A DNA stretch of 63,798 nucleotides, counting the filler, from Octopus bimaculoides (lineage: Eukaryota): the NCBI RefSeq assembly GCF_001194135.2. It is 5 parts of 5 records of this genome, joined end to end, with 100 filler letters (N's around TTAATTAATTAA, not from the genome) between each part and the next. Parts side by side here need not be neighbours in the genome. Positions count along the whole stretch, not along the records: positions 49,003 to 57,924 come from NC_069006.1; positions 58,025 to 63,798 come from NC_069005.1; 3 more parts are not named here. One strand, given 5' to 3'. Both the position numbers and the translations under genes were made by a program. Below the pieces are notes generated by a model. The model searched no databases and was not told the origin of the DNA. It worked only from the letters and a program-made list of their open reading frames with translations. Below are positions 51,204 through 63,726 of the stretch, one piece after another; position 1 is the first letter of the stretch; every line of letters starts with the position of its first letter.

Positions 51204-52304
51204 TAGTAATACAGACCTATTTCATCTGATTTTAGCAATTGGTTTCATGGGCAAGAATTGGAGGAAATTAGTCTTGGTACTCATAGAAAAGGCTGGTTGG
51301 AAGAGTATGGCAATGGCTCTTTACCACTGGAAGATGTCTATTCCATGGGTGCTGAAATGAACTGGAACAAACAAAAACGTGGGAGAAACCCAGAAAGGAA
51401 ATAATTTGTTTATTAGAATAATGCACTTTGGATAGGGATCAGAAAATTGTGCTATCGTTGGGTATGAGGTAAATGCCTGTAGAGTGAGGTAAGGAGCTAG
51501 GATGTAGGCAGGGTGAGATTGTTGTGTGTAAGAGGCATGCTGGGGAGGGTCAATCTTAAAATCATGAGTAGACATGTACATGTATGTATATATGTATGTT
51601 TATATATAATAAGCTGTATGTGGTAAACCTTATACACAACTCTCAGGATAAGTACTAATGGCGGATACTTTAATGTTTATATTTATACTTCAGTCTACCA
51701 GTATCCAAGAACATATCTGCACTCATGAGGGCATGATTGGAAAATTTCGCTTTTACAATTTTGATAGGTATCCACATGAATAGGACTTTAGTACAGTTCA
51801 TTTTTCCTTCAAGTCACACTCGTACCTCTTCTGTTCCTTAACTAAGGTTTACACCTCTCCAGTACTCTTCACTTGATGGTGCAATCCATGGCACATGCTT
51901 TCACTGCCTTGCGAGGGCTATGACATTTCACCTTGCCTAGCTATTAAAAGAGGACTTGTGGTCGGTAATCTGGTCTTGAAGGGACCTCACATCACACCCA
52001 CATACCCACATGTTCATCTACCTGTTGGGATCCTTTGATATTGTCTCTGTCTTGTATACAACATTCTCTGTGCCAGTCCATCCTTGTGTATTTTCCTCAG
52101 AAGCCGTATCCTTTTATTTCCAGTCTAGTCTTGGCCACTTTGACAACTTCCATAACACTCTGCTCTCTTTCTGTCAACAGTCTTGAATGGATATACAAAG
52201 AATGTACACCACTACATCCTAAAGATTCATATGGCAGTAGACTTTCATTACTTTAAACTCCTCTACCAACAATGTTAAAGACAGCTGGAACTTTGCTGTA
52301 TCTA

Positions 52305-52469
52305 CATCATCATCATCATCATCATCATCGTCATCATTGAACGTCTGTCTTCCATGCTGGTATAGGTTAGATGATTTGACAGGACCTGGCAAAACTGAGG
52401 ACTGCACCAAGTTCTGCAATATGCTTTGGTATAGTTTTTACAGCTGGATACCCTTCCTAATGCCAACCA
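52305..52469 (-). mobile_element. RTE-type 3' tail fragment
   Basis: Reverse complement homologous to 57530-57676, with a (GAT)n tail; related remnants at about 50400-50560 (+) and 55062-55160 (-). Confidence 0.6.
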
Positions 52470-52689
52470 TGTTACAGACTATATATAGTTAATTCCTGTA
52501 AAACATAGCAGGAGACCAAGCCATTTTTGCAGGACCCTGCCAGCAGACTTTTCCATTCTCTCCATTCCTATCGACAGTGTTTCATCACTTAGGGGTGGTT
52601 TATAAGAACTTCAAGAAAAGATTTAGGGGTGGTCATAAGAACTTCAAGAAAAACCAATCCTTCAACTTCCCATCCAAACCATGGTCATC

Positions 52690-53030
52690 AATGACCGTTA
52701 GGTTCTATATTAACTTAACCTCAATTTCACAAACACACTTCAACGCCTTGTCCATAGAGGTGCTGTGTCTCCTCTCTCTGCTTTTTCTACCATTACTACC
52801 ATGGCCTCTACTCTTCAGCTCAGGCCACTCTCATACTGCTTCCAATCAGGCAATCCAGACTTGCTCTTCTCTTCCTGTCACCCCCATTATTTCTTCTAAG
52901 CCCCACCTTCACCCCTATGACAAGTTCTTTCTTTTCAGAATGTTGCTTCTTTGGAATTCCATCTCCTTTCATGTCTTTCCCACAAGCCTTCAGTTTGTCG
53001 AAGGCCCAGAAGAAGGTTAACCATATTTCT
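52690..53030 (+). mobile_element. Decayed CR1/Jockey-group LINE C-terminus
   Basis: FRMLLLWNSISFHVFP resembles the RT..LWNSLP..VFP terminal motif. Confidence 0.4.
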
Positions 53031-53242
53031 CTTACTGGTGGTCTTGAAGAACCAGAGCAAGATATGAGCATAAAACCTTTCTCTGCATCAATATCCCACC
53101 ACAAAATAGAACAAAAAGACTCTAAACCCATCTTGAACAATAGCAAAATGATACACCATTGTCTGTCAATTCGTTGTGCATTTCTTATTTCTTTATTGCC
53201 CGCAAGGGGCTAAACATAGAGGGGACAAACAAGGACAGACAA

Positions 53243-53472
53243 GGCATGTGGCATAGTGGTTAAGAGCGCGGGCTACAAACCCCAAGATTCTGAGTTCGAT
53301 TCCAAGCAGTGACCTGAATAATAACAACATCAAAAAATACCTTAGGAACGAGAATCCAAGTTCGAAATTTCCCCAAGACACCTGAAGAGGGTTGGAGGGT
53401 ATATCAGCCGAAACGTTGTGTTAAACAAGATGAGGACAAATATCCGTCAAATGTAAATAATGTAAATAATGC
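53243..53472 (+). mobile_element. tRNA-headed SINE-like element with hammerhead-bearing Penelope-like tail
   Basis: Head with A box TGGCATAGTGG and B box GAGTTCGATTCC, short (AAT)n linker, body, hammerhead, then an ATGTAAATA-type repeated tail; body and tail are homologous to 24562-24712 (-). Confidence 0.7.
53377..53422 (+). ncRNA. Minimal type I hammerhead ribozyme motif (Penelope-like)
   Basis: Helix I GACAC/GTGTT; core CTGAAGA plus one extra nt; stem II GGTTG/CAGCC; GAAA; helix III reduced to the AACGTT palindrome; predicted cleavage after GUU at 53417/53418. Confidence 0.7.
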
Positions 53473-53503
53473 ACATGAATACTGATCCAAAGTAGACTTA
53501 GAC

Positions 53504-53753
53504 CAGGGGTTCTAAAGCAGGGTCCATATGGCCCTTGGGAATCCATGTAAGAATTCGTTGCTAAAATCAATGTGCAATAAGTTGGTTTTGCTTCTACAAA
53601 ACAAAATGTTTTAACAATTGTTTAGACAATTCCTTATATTTAATTATATAAATAAATTTTTTTAAAACATTAAATGGTTCAGAGGGTCCATTCAAATAAA
53701 ATAGGTATCAACGGGGTTCATAGGCAAAGAAAGAAAATGGTTGAGAACCAGTG
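53504..53753. mobile_element. hAT-like MITE
   Basis: Ends CAGGGGTTCT... / ...GGTTGAGAACCAGTG; degenerate 8-bp flanks ACTTAGAC / ATTTGGTC. Confidence 0.65.
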
Positions 53754-54164
53754 ATTTGGTCAAAGAAACCCAATTCTTTATGAATCAGTGCATAAGGAAC
53801 TGATCCAAATGTATTTACTAAATAAAATCAGACAATTTAAGGGACCTTTCTTTCCTTTTGAAAAGAAAAACCAAGCCCCTTGGATGTACCTGTGTCATCA
53901 TGGGAACCCTGCGCCACCAGCCTGCTGAACCAATGCGTCTATGATGCCATTCAACACAAAGAACCTTGATATTCCTACCACTTCTCCATAAAACATCTCA
54001 CATTACTCATTGCCAAGAATATCAAGATGGACTTGGTCAACTGATAATGACCAGGCCTCTTAGGGCAGCTACTGGTCCCCTGCCAAACTCCCAGTTCTGT
54101 ATATTCTGAAATATACTCTTAGGATACAAGAGAAGGGTTCGTAAATCTTATAAGAGATATCATT

Positions 54165-54327
54165 GCTATGCTGGTCTATGCCTTTTTGGCAGCTGAGTGA
54201 ACAGGGGCAATGTGAAATAAAGGGTTTTGCTCAAGAACACAATGCATTGCCTGGTCCAGGAACTAAAACCACAATCTTAGGATCATGAGTTCAATACCAC
54301 CCTAACCACTAAGCCATGCACCTCCAC
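54165..54327 (-). mobile_element. SINE family C, 5' half
   Basis: TTTTGCTCAAGAACAC...CCCTAACCACTAAGCCATGCACCTCCAC matches 22440-22576. Confidence 0.65.
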
Positions 54328-54717
54328 AACATATACATCTATATGCATATGTGTGTGTGTGTAGTTATACATATATGCAGATATATATGTATATATTTCA
54401 TTTTTGGATTTGGTTTGCAAGATTTTTTATGCGATTTCGTGTGTTGAAGCATATTCTGTTGTGTTTGGGGAGAATCATTTTCTTATTGTGCCTTAAAATT
54501 TAACACACTCACCGTTAAAATTTCCACTTATTTCTTACTTTTATTTTCGTAAAATTTTCGTTGCGTCTAACAAACTTATCAATAGTCTTGACTGTCTTAA
54601 CTATTGAAATGGTTGCAAGAAAAATAAAAAGAAAAATAAGTGGAAATTTTACCGGTGAGTGTGTTAAATTTTAAGGCACAATAAGAAAAAGAAAATGACT
54701 CTCCCCAGACACAACAG

Positions 54718-54769
<52 letters not shown>

Positions 54770-54786
54770 TACATACATACATACCT

Positions 54787-54822
<36 letters not shown>

Positions 54823-54980
54823 CTTTGTTAAAACAAAAGTAGCCAACAAACAGGAACATGAAACTCTGAGTAACAGTTTTTGTGATATTTTTGCTGCTTT
54901 TAATAAAGCACATTACTCTACCTCCGTATTTGAGTACTATTTTTTCCACCTTGTTTCACATTTATGTGCTTACTCTGGTG

Positions 54981-55046
<66 letters not shown>

Positions 55047-56718
55047 CGTGTGTGTGTGTGTACCATCATCATCATTTAACATTTATTTTCCATGCTGGCA
55101 TGAGTTGGATGGTATAACAGAAACAGGCAAGTCAGAAGATTACACCAAACTTGGCTGTCTGTTTTGGCATGGTTTACTAATATTGTGTGTGTGTGTGTGT
55201 GTTCTGCATGTGTCCAAATTGTGGGAGTGGAACGAGTAAGATGCAGGCTATATATGTTTCTCAGCTGGCTGACACTTTGATGTAATAATTTCTCAATGAG
55301 GGTTACTCAGCATGGCTAATCCTCAGGCCGGGAATATCTTAATTAAAGAAAGAGAGAGAAAGAGAGAGAGAGAGAGAGGAGAGAGAGGAAGAAAGATAAT
55401 AATAATGATAATAGTAAACATATTTGAACATTTTATCAATAATCTTCATTATTAACCATGAAATTTCTCCTCTAATTGATCCAAAGAAGGCTCTCCCAAC
55501 CTGCCACTATGTTTAACTAAATTATCTCTTTACTCTATGCTATGTATATGTGGCTACACATATATGCAAGGAACCGAACATATTTTGGTTGTCAATAAAT
55601 CTTCCGCTTTATCTCTGATTATTCTAATTGTTGGCTAAAACCTTAAGTAACTATGTTGCTCATAATCCTGGAGATCATCATCATCATCGGCATCACCATC
55701 ATTATCATCATCATAACCATTACCATCACAACCACTGTAGATATATATATATATATATATATTGTTGTACTTGGGGATGGTCATATTGCCAGTTTAGCCA
55801 ATAAAAACACACGCACTGTATATTTGGTGTTAATTTTTTTTTTTTTTTTTTTTTCAGCTTTATATTACATTAATCTTAATCTTAATCTTATTTCGGCCAG
55901 AGTTCTTTCGTCACTCTTCTGTGACCTCATCAGTGGTCCTTTGTTTCCTTCTTTCTTATGTGTGTCTCACCTTGCTAACTATCAGCCATTTTGTATTTTG
56001 TATACACCAAATATACAGTGCGTGNNNNNNNNNNNNNNNNNNNNNNNNNNNNNNNNNNNNNNNNNNNNNNNNNNNNNNNNNNNNNNNNNNNNNNNNNNNN
56101 NNNNNNNNNNNNNNNNNNNNNNNNNNNNNNNNNNNNNNNNNNNNNNNNNNNNNNNNNNNNNNNNNNNNNNNNNNNNNNNNNNNNNNNNNNNNNNNNNNNN
56201 NNNNNATATATATATATATATATCATCATCACCACTGCCACCACCACCCTCACCATCTTCCTCCTCCATCTCGTTATCATTGTCGTCGTCATCACCACCA
56301 CTACCACCCCACTATGATCATCTTCATCACCATCATCACCAACATCATCCTCATCTGCCTCCACATCATCATCATCGTCATTGTCATCATTTTAAAGCCT
56401 AATTTTCTGCACTGTCATCGGGATTCATTGAGGCAAAAGTTTGCTACGGCTGAATGCTCTTCCTGTCATCTACCTTCATCTGTTTACAAGCAAGTTATTA
56501 TTTTTACCCCAATGTAAGGTATGTTTTTATTTCAAGAAATATAGCAAACAATAGACAATACTGTTTGTATGAGGATGATGTTTCATTTAGAAATTAGCGA
56601 CTGATGTTAACACAAACAGACAAAGCACACACACATACATATTTACACACATGCATACATACACACACATACATATATACATACATACTCATCTACATAT
56701 TTACATATATACAAACAT

Positions 56719-57105
56719 AGGCAATGGAGTGGCTTACCAACCACACGGTTCCAGGTTCAGTCCCAGTGCGTGGCACCTTGGGCAAGTGTCTTCTATAATA
56801 GTCTCAGGCCGACCAAAGCCTTGAGAGGATTTGGTAGACGGAAACTGAAAGAAGCTCGCTGTGTGTATATATGAGTGTGTGTGTGCGTGTGTGTGTGTGT
56901 GTGTGTTTGTCCCCCCCACCATCGCCTGACAACCGATGCTGGTGTGTTTACATCTCTGTAACTTAGTAGTCTTCCAAAAAGCAAATGACAGAATAAGTAC
57001 TATGCTTACAAACAAAAAGTCTGGGAGTCAATTCGTTTTGACTAAAGGTGGTGCTCCAGCATGGCCACAGTCAAATGACTGAAATAAATAAAAGAATAAA
57101 AGAAT
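56719..57105 (+). mobile_element. CORE-type SINE family B
   Basis: GGTTCAGTCCCAGTGCGTGGCACCTTGGGCAAGTG, internal (GT)n, tail GGTGCTCCAGCATGGCCACAGTCAAATGACTGAAA. Confidence 0.8.
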
Positions 57106-57392
57106 ACAAGGTATATGTCGGTCAGATACTGCACATTATACAAGTACAAAATCCAATTTAGACCACAGATCCGACTCAGGGGTGGTTCCAGGCGTGATGT
57201 AGGTTTAAGAAAGGACACAAAGGGGTTTAGAACTTGACAGCTGTTTCGGTAGAAGTTTTGTTGATGCATTCATAGGTTTCATCATAGCATACAATCCACC
57301 ATCTTCAGGTAAAATTTTAAATATGTACAAACAGGTGAGATAATACACTGATTGTGGTGAATCCAACCAACATATTAGTTAAGTGTGTGTGT

Positions 57393-57676
57393 ATCGTTGC
57401 CAGTGCCCCTGGACTGGCTCTTGTGCGGGTGGCACGTAAAATACACCATTTTTGAGCATGGCCGTTGCCAGTACTGCCTGACTGGCCTTCGTGCAGGTGA
57501 CACGTAAAAGCACCCACTACACTCTCGGAGTGGTTGGCGTTAGGAAGGGCATCCAGCTGTAGAAACTCTGCCAAATCAGATTGGAGCCTGGTGTAGCCAT
57601 CTGGTTTCACCAGTCCTCAGTCAAATTGTCCAACCCATGCTAGCATGGAAAGCGGACGTTAAACGACGATGATGAT
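57393..57676 (+). mobile_element. RTE-type 3' tail element
   Basis: GGCGTTAGGAAGGGCATCCAGCTGTAGAAACTCTGCC...CATGGAAAGCGGACGTTAAACGACGATGATGAT is an RTE-type 3' terminus with a (GAT)n tail. Confidence 0.7.
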
Positions 57677-57885
57677 ATATATATATACACATACATACAT
57701 ATGTTTATAAATTCCATCCTAGGATTATTGTTATTATTATTAAATTTATCCTACATTATATTGGTATAAATTGATGCAACCCTGAAAAACTGGCTTACAA
57801 GTCAGCATCATTAGATGGTGGGTGGCATAATAGGAGAGGAGTTCTCTTTGCATATTCAAAACGTTACCATAAACAAATTTAAAAG

Positions 57886-57924
<39 letters not shown>

Positions 57925-58024
57925 NNNNNNNNNNNNNNNNNNNNNNNNNNNNNNNNNNNNNNNNNNNNTTAATTAATTAANNNNNNNNNNNNNNNNNNNN
58001 NNNNNNNNNNNNNNNNNNNNNNNN

Positions 58025-58057
<33 letters not shown>

Positions 58058-58211
58058 TATATGCATATGTATATGCGTATACATATTTTCTTATTCTTTT
58101 ACATGTTTCAGTCATTTGACTGCGGCCATGCTGGAGCACCGATTTAAAGGGTTTTTTAGTTGAAGAATACATATATACATATATATGTATGTATAATATA
58201 TATATGCAAAT

Positions 58212-58220
58212 AGATAGATC

Positions 58221-58303
<83 letters not shown>
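58212..58303. repeat. (GATA)n microsatellite
   Basis: Seen directly. Confidence 0.95.
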
Positions 58304-58304
<1 letters not shown>

Positions 58305-59011
58305 TACACACTATATATATGTATGTATGTGTGTATGTATAATATATGTTATCCAATATATCCATATAGATTTGGCTTATCTTAATCCATACCAAAGGCT
58401 TATTTCAATTATTTCCGTTCACTGAATGCATTTCATCATCTGGATTATATAAGTGCAAGCGTGGCTGTGTGGTTAAGAAGCACGCTTTGCAACCATAAGA
58501 TTTCGGGTTCAGTACCACTGCATGACACTTTGGACCAATGTCCTCTACTATAGCCCCGGGTCGACAAAATGCCTTGTGAGTGAATTTGGTAGATGGAAAT
58601 TAGCGATCGTGATATCCCTTTACCGTACGGTACCCTTTCAGCTTTAGGCCGAAGCATCGTCAGAAGGTTCGGCACAGATCGCCAATTTCCTGACAACCAA
58701 GCCGTGAGTATATATTATATGTTTACTCCAAAAAAAAAAAATTCATAGGTGATTTAGCGAATCCCTAACGTGTATACGCGTAATTAAACGAGACAGCTAG
58801 TTAGCAGAGTTTTACCATAAAAAGGAAAACAATTAAATGTCATTAAATATGACCGAATATTGAAAGTGGTTCCCCAGCATGGCTGCAGCATGACTGAATC
58901 AGTTTCGAGATGCTTCTAGAAAGCCTGAAATTTTGTGGGGAAGGGTTGGTCGGTAACATTGAGCCCAATGCTTGGTTCGTACTTTATTTCGTTGACTCTG
59001 GAAAGATGAAT

Positions 59012-59422
59012 TTGTTGTTGTTGTTGTTGTTGTTGTTGGCACTCCGTCGTTTACAACGTCGAGGGTTCCAGTTGATCCGATCAACGGAGCAGCCTGCTCG
59101 TGAAATTAACGTGCAAGTGGCTGAGCACTCCACAGACACACGTGTACCCTTAACGTAGTTCTCGGGGTATATTCAGCGTGACACAGAGTGTGACAAGGCT
59201 GACCCTTTGAATTACAGGCACAACAGAAACAGGAAGTAAGAGTGAGAGAAAGTTGTGGTGAAAGAGTACAGCAGGGTTTGCCACCATCCCCCTGCCGGAG
59301 ATTCGTGGAGCTTTTAGGTGTTTTCACTTAATAAACACTCACAACACCCGGTCTGGGAATCGAAACCGCGATCCTATGACCGCGAGTCCGCTGCCCTAAC
59401 CACTGGGCCATTGCGCCTCCAC
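59012..59422 (-). mobile_element. Apparently full-length tRNA-derived SINE (family D) with (CAA)n tail
   Basis: Head GTGGAGGCGCAATGGCCCAGTGGTTAGG...GGTTTCGATTCCC (A and B boxes), about 390-bp body; candidate TSD TGGAAAGATGAA (58999-59010) / TGGAAAGACGAC (59423-59434). Confidence 0.8.
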
Positions 59423-60559
59423 TGGAAAGACGACTAGCAAGAAAAGAAAAAGCATCTAATGTATGTTTATTGTTGTTCATGCATATATATTTCCAGTTGG
59501 TGTTTTCACGATGCAAGCATTAAATATGTTAGCACTATCTTTACGCTTTTATATGCAGACGGCATACCTACGTTATTTATTCTATAAACAGGTCTAATTT
59601 AACTAAGCCAACGAATGTACAACCTTACATATTTACTTAAGCATTCTTCCATTCTTCTATCTGTACATCTTTAATGCAGAGAAGCTCGTGTTCTTCTGAA
59701 GAGGTCAGAATAAGGTGAAAACATGTCGGAAGTTGTTTACTTGCCAGAAGCGAAAATAACATCAACCATTGCACATTATCGTTTGTTTGTTTTATTCTTG
59801 CCACTTATTTATTTGCAGTTAGTTACATCTGTTAACACAAGTTAAATTATAGCCATATTTACCTAACTTTTCGTTAATACGGAGAAGGATATAGTTCACT
59901 AACGAAGTTGAAATAATAACTAAACAAGTCGGAAGTTGTTTCCCATACCTACCAGACGAGAAAGTAACATTAGCCATGATCTAATATCATTTTTTTCTCA
60001 TCGCTTCATATTTGTCTGTAGCTAGCTTTTTAACGTACCATGTAATTCATATGTTAACAATAGCATTTTTATCATTTTCTACGCATATCTACTGAACTAT
60101 CCACTTCTCTTTCGCCCCACTTGTATTTGTAGCTAACTTTTTAATGCTCCGCTCTTCACATATGTTCACATTAACTTATTTATCTACATGTCTAACCTAA
60201 CTATCTGTCCGTCTGTTTATCTTCCTATTTATTTCTAGTTAACCTTTTAACGTTCCACGTATTTAAGACATTAATACTAACATGTCTATGTAACAGCCTA
60301 ACAACATGCTTATCTGCTCATCTATCGATGTCTTATCAACAAATTAATACTCCATGTTTGTTTGTGCTTCTGATTATTCTGGAGTACCGCACTGAAGGGA
60401 TTTTAGTTGATCAATTCGACCCCAGTATTTATTCAAAGACTGACAGTTATTCTAATGTCTCCCCCACTTTATTTTTTAACAGAACCGCCAATATATCAAA
60501 CATGTTAGCTCTATCTTAATCAGTCTGTCTATCTATCTGTCTCACAACCCGGTAAGTTA

Positions 60560-60830
60560 AATACGGAATGGAAACCTATGAGGACGTTCTTAACAGAATC
60601 CACACAAGAACACTTAGCGAAATCGTCACAGGATTAAGATTAAAACTGACTGGTCACACGCCCGGCCTACCAAAACAACACCGTTCTAAAACAGCTTTCG
60701 AATGGACATCATTGAAAGGGAAACAGAAGAACGAAAATACAAAGTGTAGGCTATTGATAACTGACATGAGAGAGACCAGTATCATATGGCCGGATGTAGA
60801 AAAAAACAAAAGCGCAGTCAACTGATCCAG
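60560..60830 (+). mobile_element. Decayed RTE-like RT C-terminal fragment
   Basis: LRLKLTGH...FEWTSLKGK resembles the RRL...GH...W.P..GKR motif; weak match. Confidence 0.4.
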
Positions 60831-61361
60831 ATAAAAATAAGGCAGACAGGAAATGATCTACATAGAAACCAAACCGAGAAATGACCAAGAGAAAGACTAA
60901 GCTCAATGAAGAAACAGCAGGACAGACTGAGATCAAGAAAAGACTTAGACGAGACCTAAAAAAAAGACCGAAACCAGTGACGTCAACTTGCTTCCAAATA
61001 TGTTCTACAACACAGGAGGAACTAGTAATACCGAGTGATACTGATCTGTGCCAGTGTTGCCCACTCATTGTTGTATAATTGGCGACTAAGTCCACTCCTG
61101 CTGAAGTGGATTCACGGTGAAGAGGTTGGGACAACCCTCAACAGGTTTATAACCCACAACTTGTCAAAAAAGGATGAGGTCCATGTGAACCAACGACACC
61201 CATATCCTTAATAGGAGATGATGGTGCCACCAGGATTACCAGCCTCGGATCATTGGGGTTCCTAGAGATACCTCGAGACATTAAGAGGTGGAAAAAATTG
61301 GTGAGAAAAGAATCAGTAACCCCACATCAATAGAAAAGGGATAGAAATAACTTGGTTTTTC

Positions 61362-61491
61362 TGTTATACTACCGAGCGCAGCTCTGTGTGCCTTGGGTAT
61401 GTGCTGTGGTTTGCTGTGATGCTCTTATGGTTACTGTATTGAAAGTGTTTTGCGTAGGATGTGTGCAGTGCCCAGTAGTGCAATTTTCTTC

Positions 61492-61493
<2 letters not shown>
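61362..61493 (-). mobile_element. R4/Dong-like LINE extreme 3' end
   Basis: Minus strand KIALLGTAHILRKTLSIQ* plus a 3' UTR shared with 24722-24912; abuts (TAA)n. Confidence 0.65.
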
Positions 61494-61540
<47 letters not shown>

Positions 61541-61579
61541 GAAAGCTCACAGCCTTTTTTTGCTGGAAAGTGTCGGCTG

Positions 61580-61826
61580 TCCACAGCCAGCAGACTAAGG
61601 TGATACTTGTTTATTGGTCATGCGTCAAGAATCCTGCGAAGATATTCTTGCATTTCCAAGCAATGCTGATTTTTTGTAGGTGTTCTACCTTCACACTTGC
61701 ACCGATTTTTTTCAGCCATGTTGGTAGTTGAATGCAGATACTTCCAAAGTGCACCAATTACTATTGGCATCACGTCTACTCTCTTCATTGACCACAACCT
61801 TCGTATTTCCCACTTCGAATCGTCTT
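61580..61826 (-). mobile_element. R4/Dong-like LINE 3' fragment, second subfamily
   Basis: Minus strand KWEIRRLWSMKRVDVMPIVIGAL...VEHLQK..ALLGNARI, with frameshifts. Confidence 0.65.
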
Positions 61827-61837
61827 ATTTATTTCAA

Positions 61838-61844
<7 letters not shown>

Positions 61845-61934
<90 letters not shown>
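61845..61934. repeat. (ATC)n microsatellite
   Basis: Seen directly. Confidence 0.95.
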
Positions 61935-61935
<1 letters not shown>

Positions 61936-61936
61936 T

Positions 61937-62155
61937 AAGGTGGCGAGCTGGCAGAATCGTTAGCACGCCGGGCGAATTGCTTAGCGGTTATTTCGTCTAC
62001 CGCCACGTTCTGAGTTCAAATTCCGCCGAGGTCCACTTTGCCTTTCATCATTTCGAGGTCGATAAATTAAGTACCAATTGAGTACATGGGGTCGATGTGA
62101 TTGACTGTCCCCTTTCCCACAAAATCCACCCCTTGTGCCTATAGTACAAAGGATA

Positions 62156-62198
<43 letters not shown>

Positions 62199-62451
62199 GT
62201 TAAGGTGGCGAGCTGGCAGAATCGTTAGCACGCTGGACGAAATGCTTAGCGGTATTTCGCCCGTCGCTAGGTTCCGAGTTCAAATTCCGGTGAGGTCAAC
62301 TTTGCCCTTTCATCCTTTCGGGGTCGAAAAAATAAGTACCAGTTGAACACTGGGTCGATGTAATTTTGAAATAATAATAATTATTATTATTATTCTAATA
62401 AGCCAGCGATTTGGCAGAACCGTTAGCGCCGCATAAGACAAAATCCTAAAC
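61937..62451 (+). mobile_element. Three consecutive SINE family A copies separated by (ATT)n
   Basis: Heads at 61937, 62202 and about 62402; the third runs into a gap. Confidence 0.85.
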
Positions 62452-63112
62452 NNNNNNNNNNNNNNNNNNNNNNNNNNNNNNNNNNNNNNNNNNNNNNNNN
62501 NNNNNNNNNNNNNNNNNNNNNNNNNNNNNNNNNNNNNNNNNNNNNNNNNNNNNNNNNNNNNNNNNNNNNNNNNNNNNNNNNNNNNNNNNNNNNNNNNNNN
62601 NNNNNNNNNNNNNNNNNNNNNNNNNNNNNNNNNNNNNNNNNNNNNNNNNNNNNNNNNNNNNNNNNNNNNNNNNNNNNNNNNNNNNNNNNNNNNNNNNNNN
62701 NNNNNNNNNNNNNNNNNNNNNNNNNNNNNNNNNNNNNNNNNNNNNNNNNNNNNNNNNNNNNNNNNNNNNNNNNNNNNNNNNNNNNNNNNNNNNNNNNNNN
62801 NNNNNNNNNNNNNNNNNNNNNNNNNNNNNNNNNNNNNNNNNNNNNNNNNNNNNNNNNNNNNNNNNNNNNNNNNNNNNNNNNNNNNNNNNNNNNNNNNNNN
62901 NNNNNNNNNNNNNNNNNNNNNNNNNNNNNNNNNNNNNNNNNNNNNNNNNNNNNNNNNNNNNNNNNNNNNNNNNNNNNNNNNNNNNNNNNNNNNNNNNNNN
63001 NNNNNNNNNNGGAGGTGGCGGGTTGATACAAATGGAAAAGAGGACGGAGAGAGACGACGAAACTACCAAAACCTTAATTTTTGATGGAAACCGCTTTCAG
63101 AAGGAAACGCGC

Positions 63113-63143
<31 letters not shown>

Positions 63144-63457
63144 AACACACATACACACAAGCTTACACACACAATCACACACGCACAAATATACATTCAC
63201 ACAAACACACAAGCATACACACAGACGCACACACACAAACACACACACACACACAAGCTTACACACACACATACACACACCAAATACACATCTTTAGAAA
63301 AGTCTCACGCCTCTCCGCTTTCCCTCTAAACAAGAAAATATAAATAGACCGACGTGATATATATATATACATACATATATATATAATCACACACACGTGT
63401 ATGTGTACATAATACATACATACATACATACATACATACATACATACATACATACAT

Positions 63458-63491
<34 letters not shown>

Positions 63492-63724
63492 GCACATATG
63501 CATACGTATATATATAAACACTCTCACAAAGAAATAATTATTTTGACCTACAAACCTAGTTTCAAAGGGAATTTATAATAATTTTTTACCCTTTTTTTCC
63601 CCCTCTGCCCCTATTTTTTTAAAAAGGGATCTGCTGTTTTCCTTACCATATGATAAGCTAGGTCATGCATTACTATTAGCTGACGTTCTCACGGACGATG
63701 TACCTCTATTTTTCTTTTATTTAT

Positions 63725-63726
<2 letters not shown>

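Noticed and set aside
51290-51560. Possible decayed LINE endonuclease-RT linker on the minus strand
   Set aside because: Resemblance is too vague to support a call without a search.
58612-58670. Minus-strand CTGACGA...GAAA with palindrome TACCGTACGGTA and a 4-bp helix I
   Set aside because: Five extra nucleotides separate GAA from the palindrome and stem II is not closed next to the core; near-match only.
59340-59422. SINE heads as tRNA genes (also 53243-53315 and 22500-22576)
   Set aside because: A and B boxes are present, but there is no paired acceptor stem and each continues into a SINE body.
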